Shown: positions 1 through 9,509 of the stretch, one piece after another
Layout of the letters: each line of letters starts with the position of its first letter
How positions within the stretch are numbered: position 1 is the first letter of the stretch
Origin: Pelagomonas calceolata
Taxonomy: Eukaryota
Assembly: GCA_918797485.1 (NCBI GenBank)
Contig: CAKKNE010000004.1
Coordinates: 2,418,001-2,482,000, forward strand
Direction: 5' to 3'
DNA: 64,000 nt
Program-made: the position numbers and the translations under genes
The notes under the pieces: generated by a model
Told to the model about the DNA's origin: nothing
The model's input: only the letters and a program-made list of their open reading frames with translations
The model's database searches: none

Positions 1-1249
1 TATCTTTGCGCTCCTCAGCGAGCCGTCCGACGAGCGCCGCCAGAGGATCGCCGAGCGCGACGGCCGTGTGCCAGGACTCGAGCTGACCGCGCCGCCGGCG
101 GTTCCAATTCTGTGCCACCGTGGTGACGACCTTGGTCGAGAACGCCCTTGCGACGTTTTCGCACGTGACCTGGTCCTTGAGCGGCTCGTTCTTGAGAAGT
201 GCGGCTTCCAGCGCGAAGCGAATGCAGAACGGGAGTCCTTTCGATTTCGCGAGGCTTCGAAAGTCCTCGAGCAGTGCCGCGACGTTTAACGCGCGTAAAC
301 CTTCCCTCCGCGGCGGGTCTAGCTTGACCAAGTCGAGCATTTTACAAGCCATGCGTTGGCCCTGGAAGACGGAGAGCTGCGCGCGCCTCTCGTCTAATTC
401 CTGCTTAGCAGTCGCTCTCGACTCGTTGAGAGCACTCTGATACTCGGGGTTCTTGCTATTTGCGACGCACTCCTCCCATAATTTGCGGCTTGCTATATTC
501 TGAAGGTTTTCTACTATAGGAGTCGCTTCGTAAGCGGTTGGCGCGGCCGGCGTCGCGATCGCAATCTCCGGCGCGGGCGGAGCGATGCGCCGGGCGCCGC
601 CCACGCCATAGGGCCGCGAGCCGTACCTCGGGCACCGTCTACAGATAAAGGTGGGCTGCTTTAATGGTATCGGTGCGCCCTGGGCGTACATACCCTCGCC
701 GAACGTCATGTTGTAGTGAGGCTCGCCGATGCCATTGCTGAACGGCGTCTCGAGGTCAGTCGCCGGCCGCCCGTAGCCGCACCGTTCGCATAGGCAAATG
801 ACGACCGGCTCCGTCGTCGCGTGCCCGCCGAAGATCGCTCGATATAATCCGTCGTCGCCGGGTACTTCGAGTATTTTCGGTTTCGCGTAGCGCCGAACGT
901 GAATAGCCGCGTCCTGCTCGTGCGCGTCCTCAGCCGGCGTGGGCTGCGGTTCGACGTCTCGCGCGGCGGCTATGTCCTCCCTAAGGTCCAAACGGCGACG
1001 TAGCGCCGGCTGCGCCGGCTGCGCTGCGGACCGCTGCTGCGGTCGCTGCGGCTCGTCGGCCGTGTTCGCAAACGCTCCTCCGCTTCGCGGTTTTTTCGCT
1101 TCAACGCGCGGCGCTTGCTGCTGCGCTCGCAGCGCCTGCGCGACTGCGGCCGCTGCGTCGAGGTCTAATGCATGATCAACACGACGCGGCTGCGGCGCCT
1201 CGTCGGCAGCAGCCAGCGGTCTGAATTTAGTAGGAGTCCTGCGCGGCAT
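1..1249 (-). CDS. Hypothetical protein, partial (runs off window start); two CxxC pairs
   Basis: Hand translation from ATG at 1249 (MPRRTPTKFRPLAAADE...) stays open to base 1 and contains CERC and CRRC. It is absent from the ORF track because no stop lies in the window. Confidence 0.7.
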   Translation of the reverse strand, partial: MPRRTPTKFRPLAAADEAPQPRRVDHALDLDAAAAVAQALRAQQQAPRVEAKKPRSGGAFANTADEPQRPQQRSAAQPAQPALRRRLDLREDIAAARDVEPQPTPAEDAHEQDAAIHVRRYAKPKILEVPGDDGLYRAIFGGHATTEPVVICLCERCGYGRPATDLETPFSNGIGEPHYNMTFGEGMYAQGAPIPLKQPTFICRRCPRYGSRPYGVGGARRIAPPAPEIAIATPAAPTAYEATPIVENLQNIASRKLWEECVANSKNPEYQSALNESRATAKQELDERRAQLSVFQGQRMACKMLDLVKLDPPRREGLRALNVAALLEDFRSLAKSKGLPFCIRFALEAALLKNEPLKDQVTCENVARAFSTKVVTTVAQNWNRRRRGQLESWHTAVALGDPLAALVGRLAEERKD

Positions 1250-1480
1250 TGCTGCACTAATCCATGCCTTCTTGCTGAGTGGTTACAATTTTGCTGCGTT
1301 CGAGCAGTACGACCGTTTAGTCTCAAGGCTGCAAAAGAGTTGTGCGCTCTAGTTGTGCTGCGTTCGAAGTGAAACTCTCACGCTGCAAACGAGTGCTCTC
1401 CGCAAAAAAAGAGGGCTGCTCTTCGGGAATTCTAGTGTGTCTACACAAGCTCCTAATTTACGCACCGTAACAATAAGTAA

Positions 1481-2257
1481 TTAATTACCCCTCACCACGC
1501 TCGCCAGCGCATCATCATCGTCATCAAACCCCTTTGGAAACAACGCCTTCTCCAGCGCCGCGACGTCGGGCACGACGACGTCGAAGTGCCCCGACGCCTC
1601 CAATTTCGACGCGGCATGGCTGCCATAGCTGCAGCCAACGGCCGCTCCGTATCCAGCGGCCCGCGCCGCGGCTCCATCAGTAGGGGCGTCGCCCACGTAT
1701 ATGCATCCCTTCGGCTCGAGCCCCAAATCAGCAGCGACGCGGAGGCAGCCGTCCGGGAACGGCTTCGCGCGTTCGACGGAATCGGCGCCGTGGACCGACC
1801 CGAACGCGCCCCGCGCGTTGTTTACCAAGAGCACGGCCTCGGCGTACGCGACGGCTGCGTTCGTTAAAGCGCCGAGCACCGCGCCGCTGTCCCGCAGCCG
1901 TTCCAGTAGCGGCCTCAAGCCGGGATAGAAGCCCGCCGTCTCCGTCGATACCAACGCAATGTACTCCCGATCGAACTCAGCACCCAATCGCCGCCCGAGG
2001 TCCTCGTCGTGCTCGCCGACGGCGTGGCGCGCCATGCGCTCAGGCGTCACGTAGATACAATTGTCGTGATAGTCCGCCTCGCTGATGGGGGGGAAGGCGT
2101 TCCGTTGCAGCACCACGTTCGTGGCGTCGAAGCCGAGCCGGAAGCTGTCGGCTAATGTACCATCAATATCAAACACGACGCCTACGCGGTTCATCGCCGC
2201 GAGTCCGTCGGCGCAGCCAATTGCCGCGGCTGCGCACAACGCTGATATGCGCCGCAT
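1481..2257 (-). CDS. HAD-superfamily hydrolase (phosphoglycolate phosphatase-like) with N-terminal signal-like peptide
   Basis: Motif I FDIDGTLADS, LTN, KPFPDG and YVGDAPTD. Confidence 0.9.
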   Translation of the reverse strand: MRRISALCAAAAIGCADGLAAMNRVGVVFDIDGTLADSFRLGFDATNVVLQRNAFPPISEADYHDNCIYVTPERMARHAVGEHDEDLGRRLGAEFDREYIALVSTETAGFYPGLRPLLERLRDSGAVLGALTNAAVAYAEAVLLVNNARGAFGSVHGADSVERAKPFPDGCLRVAADLGLEPKGCIYVGDAPTDGAAARAAGYGAAVGCSYGSHAASKLEASGHFDVVVPDVAALEKALFPKGFDDDDDALASVVRGN

Positions 2258-2687
2258 TCACGCCGCGACTGCGTGCACTGCGTAAGCGTGTGGCAGGCAG
2301 CCTGAACCTGCACGCTAGTGCAGCAAGCGCGGCCGGTATAGCTGCAGCGTTGCACAAGTGGCTATTAGATGATAACGTAGCCTGTGCTGCGCCGTGCAGG
2401 ACGATAAAACCGATCGATACAGTCGACACAGCTGTACCTAGAGTGTCGAGACACACTAGCACGAACCCGAACGCATCCCTGCACGCGAACCCTCCGACGA
2501 CTAGCTCCAGACCGCTACCAGAGCGCGAGCAAAACGAGGCTGCCCCCGCACGCCAAGCCAAGCAGAGAGCCGCTGTGGAGGGCAGCAAATCGACTGCCTG
2601 GGAATCTCCTGGGACGGCTAGAATCGCATCGATGGTGAGCTCAAGACGACGACGATGAAGATGGAGAGCCCGGACGCCCGATAAAAC

Positions 2688-5600
2688 ATGCATCCGACGA
2701 CTACCATGCTGTGCTCCCTCCTCCTCCCACAGGTAGTAGGAGCAGCCACGGTCACCTGGCTCGGCGGGACTGGGAGGTGGAAGGAGCCCCGCTTCTGGGA
2801 CAGCGGCTCGGTCCCGACGTCGAGTGACACCGTCGTCATCCGACAGGGCACGGTCTACCTCACCGAGGACCGTTCGATCACGAATTTGGAGGTCACGGAC
2901 TCGGGACGCGTCGTCCTCGCGACCACAGAATGCCCGGAAGGCTGGGCCGTCCTCAGAAGAGACGGTAACGGCAACTCGGAAGGCTGCGCGAAGGCCTTTG
3001 CCGACGCAAGGAGCTGGAACGACGCTGAACTTGATTGTCGAGTGAGAGGAAGAGGCGGCGTCTGGCGCGCGAATTCCTCGGACACGCTGGCCGGAACGGG
3101 CTGCTACACCAATAGTCGGGGCGAGCGCGTGTGTCGAGTGGAAGACCGTGAAACGTCCGGCAAAATGGCAAGGGAGAAATACACGAGGTGGCTGTCGAAC
3201 GGGACTCAAGATGACGAGGGCGGGTCGATCCATGGTGGGTATCGCGGGCATTTAGCACTGATAGGGGACGAGGAGACCAATAGGATCGTGTCAATATTGT
3301 GTGCGGAGGCTTCCAATGCTTCGTCTCTGAGGTATGAAAATTCGCGAGCAGAGAGCATGGGCCAGCAAATGGCCGACGTCGACGCCTGCTGGATCGGATT
3401 AAGCATGGCTTTGGATGGGGATGCCATGACCCATGAAATGTTTGAGAACAGGGCGTTCCGCGACGGTGGCGCCTACGGCGAGCATCGCGCGTACGGGGCG
3501 AAGGGCTCTAATCCCGTGCCGGAGCAGCGCAGTCATCACACGCAGTGGTCTCTTGATGAACACGCGGACGTGGGCAACTGGGCCTGGGTCGACGAGGGCG
3601 CCGTCCCGCCCGCCGACGACGGCGTCGCGGGCTTCCACGGGAACTTGTACCGGAGCTGGGCGCGCCACGAGCCGCGATATCGACTGGCGGAGACGTGCGC
3701 GGCCACGTTACACCGGGGCTACGACCCGGCGTCGCAAGCCAGGGCGCGGTGGACGTCGGCCGACTGTACTTCTCATAAACCCTACGTCTGTACAAGAAGA
3801 GGGACCACGGAGCAGCACACGTTAATTGTGTCGAATACGTTGACGCTCAAGGATGGTGGTGTGTTAAGAGGCGGCGGCGTCGTGAAACCAGGTACCATAG
3901 TTTCCAATAGAGACGGCTACTTAGATGGTGCCGGTTTGGAAGCGTCTTCATTAACTACGGACCTGACGGGCGTCCACGGCGCCTGGCTTACCATATCAAG
4001 TACGTTCACGCTGAGCGGGCGATTACTGGGACATGGCGGCCGCGTGCTTGGAAACACGCTATCCCTGTCTAATGGACGGTGCGACTGGCCCGTCTACGCC
4101 GACAAGGTCACGGGTTCTGGTTCGCTAGGAGGCGGCGGCGATTTGAGTCGAGGCGAAGTAAGCGGCACCTCCATCGTAATAGACGGCCAGAGCCTTTCCC
4201 TGAGATCGCCTGTAATAGATGTGTTACGCTTAAAAGCGGACGCGCCGGTCATTCGCGAGGACTTCGAGTACGCTAAGGAGAAGGTCGTGACGGTGACCGA
4301 GCGGTCGTGGCGCGACTGGCCTTCCAGTGCAGTACGGGCGGCGGGCTACACCCACCTGCATTTCAGAAGTATCGAGAACGACTATTACGAGCGCGGGAAT
4401 GTTCGAGGTATTGGGAGTTATAGGGACTTCGACAGTAATTATGGGGAGCCCCAGACGAGTGGTCCGATGGCTGGTGTTGATGGCCTCAAGGGTCGACTCG
4501 AATCCGCACTCGGCGCGAAGGACGAGTTCATGACTTTAGAAAGGTCGGCCTTCGTCCTCGACGGTCGCGGGAATAATAGGTTGGGGCCGGCCCAAGGGAG
4601 TTATAGGTTATCGGTCGGTAGCGAGCGGTCGGAGTGCATCCCCTGGCACGCCTCGGCGAAGGAAGTCTCGGACGCCGTCAATGGTTTGACAGCAATCAGT
4701 TCCATTGGAGGCGCCACGGTCAACAGGAGGGGCGACGGGAGCCACCGCTGGGGCCATGCCTTTCATTACGAGATCGCGTATGATAGTGCCGAGACGGCGA
4801 CCGTACCTACGCTGCGGTTTGATTGTGAAGGGTCAAATGACTTCGGGACCGATTCTCTAGCAACTGGTGGTGACTGCGGCTGCGTGGATAATGTTGCCAG
4901 AGCTCATACGAAACCGGCCGGCACCTGCTCGTGGAGCGGCGACCCGACGTCCGCCTCGGACAACCAAGGAACACACCTCGTGGCGGTTCATGCAGCGAAG
5001 CACGGCGACCCCGGGGACTACTGCCTTTCTAGAGTGTTTGGGTCCGTCGATCGTATACAACAGGGCGGCGAGACCGCGGTCAGTACGACCCTAGACTTCC
5101 GCGAGGGCTGGCACCGGCTGTCCGCGACCGCTACGGACGTGAAGGTGTCCGGCCACCACGCGCGCGTCGACGTCGCCGCCGCGGCCGCCTCCTATTCTAC
5201 CTTGGAGGTGTCGGCGGGCACGGTCACGTTCGCCGGTCCGGGCTATCGGGGCGACGACGCCGCTGCCCTATTGTGGGCGCCCTACGACCGCGAGTGGCGC
5301 GCGGCCCTGGCGCTGCGCGAGGGGCCGTCCTTCGGCCACAAGGTCACTGGTGCTGTGACATTATCGGGCGGCGAAATACGCATGGCTTCGGAGCGGCTCA
5401 TCGACTCGTACTCGCGGGGACCGCCCCATGGTTCCGTCACCTTCGAGAGCACCTTATCCTGGACGGGCAATGGTGGTATAAGGGGCAACGGCCGGCTTGT
5501 GGTCGAGGGCGCGGCCACCATAAACACCTGCGTGAACCACACGGAGTGCGACCGGACGCTCTGGCCGGCGCACGTCCGGGACTGCGCGCGCGTCGTGCTG

Positions 5601-7088
5601 GCGGGGGCTTCTACCTTTCAAGGAGGTGATATTGTGACGGGCGAGGGCGCCGGCTTGGACGTCGCCGCCACCTTAACCATGAGCGGGTCGGCGAACGTCC
5701 TCGCCTCACCACGACCGGAACGCACGCCGGGCCGCCAGGAGGATCCATTGAACGACCGCGGCTGGTACAGCAACCCGGCCTGCGGCGACGCGTGCGCGCG
5801 GCCACCGCTCGTGAAGATCGAGAATGGCGGGACGCTGTCGGTGGAGGGCTCAAACGTCGTCGAGGCGACGCTCTTCGCGCGCGGGATTCTTGATGCGCAG
5901 GGGTCGCTGACGCTGGGCGACGGCGGCGGCGGCGACGGCACGTTCCAGATCGCGGCCGGCGGCCGCGTGTCCCAGCGCAACGGGCTCTTGGACCTCGAGC
6001 GGGTGAAGCTGCGGGGCGAGGGCGAGCTCGGCATCACGGGCGGGCGGCTCTTTTTACCGGGGCCGACGCTCATCGAACCGTCCCTCAACGTGTCGGGCGG
6101 CGAGGCGGCCTTTCGGGCGAGGCGCGTCCTCATGGCGTCGGCGGCTGTGTGTGAAATCAACCAGTGCGTCGGGTGCTCCAATAATTCTTCACAAAGTCAT
6201 TTCACGGCGAGGACGCGGCCACGCTGGCTCCATCGAGTGGTGATGGACCGGCAGCGCCACGCCATCGAGCAGGCGTCGCGTCGATGGCGTGGAGAACGCG
6301 CCGTAAAATTTGATTTCCACACAGGTCGGCAGACGTCACGGTCTCGAACGGCACTTTATCTTTTCTCGCGGACGCGACGAACGGCACGCTGCACGGCCGC
6401 TTCCACCTGTTGAATACCGGACGGGTCCGTTTTCCGGAGCGCGACTCGCTCGCGGAGCCGAGTAGGTTTCACCTGTCGTGTCCGTCGCGCGAACAGGCGC
6501 CGAACTGTGCATAAATCAAATTGTCGCGGCGCGTCTCCGCCACCGCTGAATCGTGACTTCCACGCCATCGACGCGACACCAGCTCGATGGCGTGGCAGTG
6601 TGGGTCTTGCACCACTCGATTCAGTCATCAAGATCGCAATTGTGCACCCGACTCACTGGTTGATTTACGCACAGGCGCCGAACCACCCCTGCCAGGGGCC
6701 CTACACGCTGGATCGGTCCCACGTCGATATTCGCGGCCAGACGACGTGGCGCGGCGGGACCGTGAGCGGTGGCGGCGACCTGCACCTGCGGGCGGCGTCC
6801 GTCGTCGCCGACGGCGAGCTCAAGATGTGGGCGCGCGTGGTCAACCACGGCGGCATGTTATTAGAGGACGGACAGATCATCGCCGACACCGAGGGCTACC
6901 TCGAGAACCGGGGGACGGTCGAGATGGTCGGCCCGCGGACGACCTACAACGGCGTCACAGCACGTAGACCCCGGTCGGAGACGGAGGTGACGCTGCTGCA
7001 CGACTGGGAGGACAACATGCTCCGCGAGGGGCGGCGCGTCATGGTCGTTGGCGACGACTCGGCGCGGGCGAGCACGCTGGGGGTGTAA
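2688..7088 (+). CDS. Large secreted protein: C-type lectin domain within a Gly-rich beta-helix/adhesin-like scaffold; exons 2688-6136, 6325-6496, 6675-7088
   Basis: Signal peptide and WLGGTGRW..W..GSVPTSSDTVVI start. CTLD features: CPEGW, SWNDAELDC, HLALI, CWIGL, YRSWARHEP and C..HKPYVC. Removing two introner introns gives a continuous frame. Confidence 0.75.
6137..6332 (+). mobile_element. Introner element (element 6145-6324; GT-AG intron 6137-6324)
   Basis: TIRs ctgtgtgtgaaatcaa / ttgatttccacacag. 8-bp TSD gtcggcgg (6137) / gtcggcag (6325). Donor lies in the TSD, acceptor in the TIR, and splicing restores the frame. Confidence 0.9.
6497..6682 (+). mobile_element. Introner element in opposite internal orientation (element 6505-6674; GC-AG intron 6497-6674)
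   Basis: TIRs ctgtgcataaatcaa / ttgatttacgcacag. Perfect 8-bp TSD gcgccgaa at 6497 and 6675. Splicing joins CAG|GCG in frame. Confidence 0.9.
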
Positions 7089-7130
7089 GGGCTTTTGTGA
7101 AATTGTGCTAGGACTGTGGCTTGTGAACTT

Positions 7131-7150
7131 GCTAGTGTCTTACCGCTAGT
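7131..7150. promoter_or_regulatory. Recurrent bipartite upstream motif (CTAGTGTCTTA-N-GCTAG)
   Basis: gctagtgtcttaccgctagt, about 210 bp upstream of ATG 7362; one of at least 10 copies. Confidence 0.6.
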
Positions 7151-7361
7151 TATTAACGCGGGAAGGGTGCGGCTCGACCGGCTCGGGGCGCACCGAGCAC
7201 ATAGGCGTGCGCGGAGCACGTGGCACCGCTGGTTGCAGTAACTGAGGCCACCCAATTGTTCATCGGACAGCGCGCGCTGCGTCGCGACGCGCCGGACGGA
7301 CAGAGCACACGAAACGGCGGCTAGCGCTTTTGGTCGCAGCGGTGCGTACCGGTGGCTCGAC

Positions 7362-9497
7362 ATGGCTCACAGCCCGCTGAAAGAAGGCGACCGGCTGCTC
7401 TACAATGGCTCCGAGCCCGAGTGGCAGGGCGCGAGGGGCGAGATCGAAGAAATTGATACCGTCGGGGGACGACCCGTCGTCTCGGCGCGCTGGTCTTTGG
7501 CCAGGGACGACGACGACAGCGACGATGATCAGGGCGGTGTCCTGGCGCGCACCGCGGCCGTCCGCGGGTCGCGGGCGCCGCGGCGGACATGCCGTGCAGC
7601 GGCGCGCCCCGTCTCAGTTGATACCACGGAGGACCACTACTCCGTCCTGAGCGCCGCGGACGCGAGGATTTACCGCCAGGCGTGGCTCGACGCGAACCCA
7701 CGGAACGAGCTGGCACCCACGCGGTTCGCCGTCGGCGACAGAGTTCGGGGGATATGGGACGGGGAGTGGTGCGGCGCCACCGTCGACGAGGTCATCACCG
7801 ATGGTCGTGGCGGTCTCGCCTACATGGTAGATTGGGACGACGGCGGCGGGGTCAACCAGCTCTCCGCAGCCGACGTCCGGCTGGCGGCGGACGCCGAAAG
7901 CTCTTCGGAGGAGGACGAGGAGGAGGAGGAGGAGTCGAGCTCTTCGGAGGAGGAGGAGGAGGACGTGCAGGACGCCGCCGAAGATTTAGACGAGGCCGTC
8001 GGCGCCGCCGACGACGACGAGAGCTCCTCGAGCAGCGACGAGGACGAGGGGCTGAACCAGGCGTCGAACCTGCCGCCGCCGCCGACCGCGGTGTCAAGAT
8101 CGGAGACACCGGAGGCCGCCGTTGTCGAGGACGACTGGGACGAAGAATCCGACGAAGAAGATGACCGCCGCGTGGCCAACCTGTCGTCGCAAGTGGTCGA
8201 CCCGTCGCAGCACACGTCGCAGCACGCGTCGCAGGATTCACGGCTGTCTCTCCAAGGAGCCGCCGCCGTTGATGGCAGCGGCGCCATCGACGCCGCTGCG
8301 ATGCGGGCGCGGATTCTGGCGGCACGGCCGGAAAGTATAGTACCGCCCGCATCTGCGACGTCGGCGCCGAAGCTACGCATTGTCCATAGCCGCCATGGAG
8401 AGTGGTGGGGTCATGCGGGGAAGCTGAGAATCCCCGGATCGGACGAGCTACGGACGACGCTCCACGAGCTCGGCGGCGAATCGTCCTGGCTCGGTGATAA
8501 GCGCAAGTACTGCGACATCGACCTCAAGAGGCTGAACGCCGAAGGCTACGACATCATACTGGTAGATAGAGGTGCAAGCATTGCGTACCAACGCCAATTC
8601 AAGGACACGAAGCAAGACTTCGCGCGAACGGAGCTAGAGCGCAAGTACGGGCACACCGTCGTCCGCAAGCCGTGCGTCGTCGCCTATAGCACCGACAACG
8701 GTGTACCGCTCGACACGTATGAAGTCGTGGCCGTCGTCGCGATCAACACGGCGACCACGCGCGCGGCGTGGACCCCTGCTGCCGTCGACCAGGTCGAGGT
8801 GTTGTTGGATACGATGGAGCGCCATCATAATCCAGCGAAGCGCGGCTCGAACACCCGGAGGGGCAAAATGTTCATGGCCGGCGCGCTCGTGAGGCGCTGG
8901 ACCGCGGAAGAGCTAAAGAAGCGCAAGAAGCGCGGCAGCGGGCGGATCGACACTTACAGAATTAACCGCGCCGCCGCCGCGGAGGCTAATTATGACGGCT
9001 ACATTTCCCCGCTGGAAACGGTCCTGACGATCATGGCCGCACTCGAGGCTGCGGTTTCCCCGCGCCTCCATCGGGCGCGCCTGGCCGTCTCCGCGGCGAT
9101 CAACGCGCCGGCGATCGTCGGTGGCTTCCCGCGGGAGATCGGGCCGTCCGTGACGCTGGCGTTGTCCCAGGGCTACGTTTCGTCGCAGCACCTGGACAGC
9201 TCGGGCAAGTGGGCCTGGGAGTCGATCGCCTGGCCGCCGTGTCGCCGGGCGCCCTCGGACTGGACGTTCGCGATCCCCGGCGCGGGCCTACTGGTCGACC
9301 TGTCGGGCCCGGGCGGCGTCTACGTCACGTTGAATGCGTCTCGGACCGTCCACGGCACACTGCGGAGCGAGATCTCCCCGGACCACGACGGCATAGGCAT
9401 CGCGGATATTTTGAAGCACGACATGCTCTCGCGGAACGTGGTCGACGCCTTCGAGGGGGGCTGCAAAAAGCGCCCGGCGCTCGGGGCGCACAACTAA
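7362..9497 (+). CDS. Tudor-like domain(s), acidic linker and TET/JBP-like Fe(II) dioxygenase domain
   Basis: FAVGDRVRGIWDGEWCGATVDEV...YMVDWDDG is Tudor-like. GKMFMAG, HxD (QHLDS, 9189-9197) and distal H (VHGT, 9351) lie in a beta-rich C-terminus. Confidence 0.65.
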   Translation: MAHSPLKEGDRLLYNGSEPEWQGARGEIEEIDTVGGRPVVSARWSLARDDDDSDDDQGGVLARTAAVRGSRAPRRTCRAAARPVSVDTTEDHYSVLSAADARIYRQAWLDANPRNELAPTRFAVGDRVRGIWDGEWCGATVDEVITDGRGGLAYMVDWDDGGGVNQLSAADVRLAADAESSSEEDEEEEEESSSSEEEEEDVQDAAEDLDEAVGAADDDESSSSSDEDEGLNQASNLPPPPTAVSRSETPEAAVVEDDWDEESDEEDDRRVANLSSQVVDPSQHTSQHASQDSRLSLQGAAAVDGSGAIDAAAMRARILAARPESIVPPASATSAPKLRIVHSRHGEWWGHAGKLRIPGSDELRTTLHELGGESSWLGDKRKYCDIDLKRLNAEGYDIILVDRGASIAYQRQFKDTKQDFARTELERKYGHTVVRKPCVVAYSTDNGVPLDTYEVVAVVAINTATTRAAWTPAAVDQVEVLLDTMERHHNPAKRGSNTRRGKMFMAGALVRRWTAEELKKRKKRGSGRIDTYRINRAAAAEANYDGYISPLETVLTIMAALEAAVSPRLHRARLAVSAAINAPAIVGGFPREIGPSVTLALSQGYVSSQHLDSSGKWAWESIAWPPCRRAPSDWTFAIPGAGLLVDLSGPGGVYVTLNASRTVHGTLRSEISPDHDGIGIADILKHDMLSRNVVDAFEGGCKKRPALGAHN

Positions 9498-9509
9498 GAA
9501 ATCGAATTA

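Noticed and set aside
6462..6496. Small gtaggt...gaacag intron
   Set aside because: The frame is open through it, and the GC donor at 6497 already gives an in-frame join.
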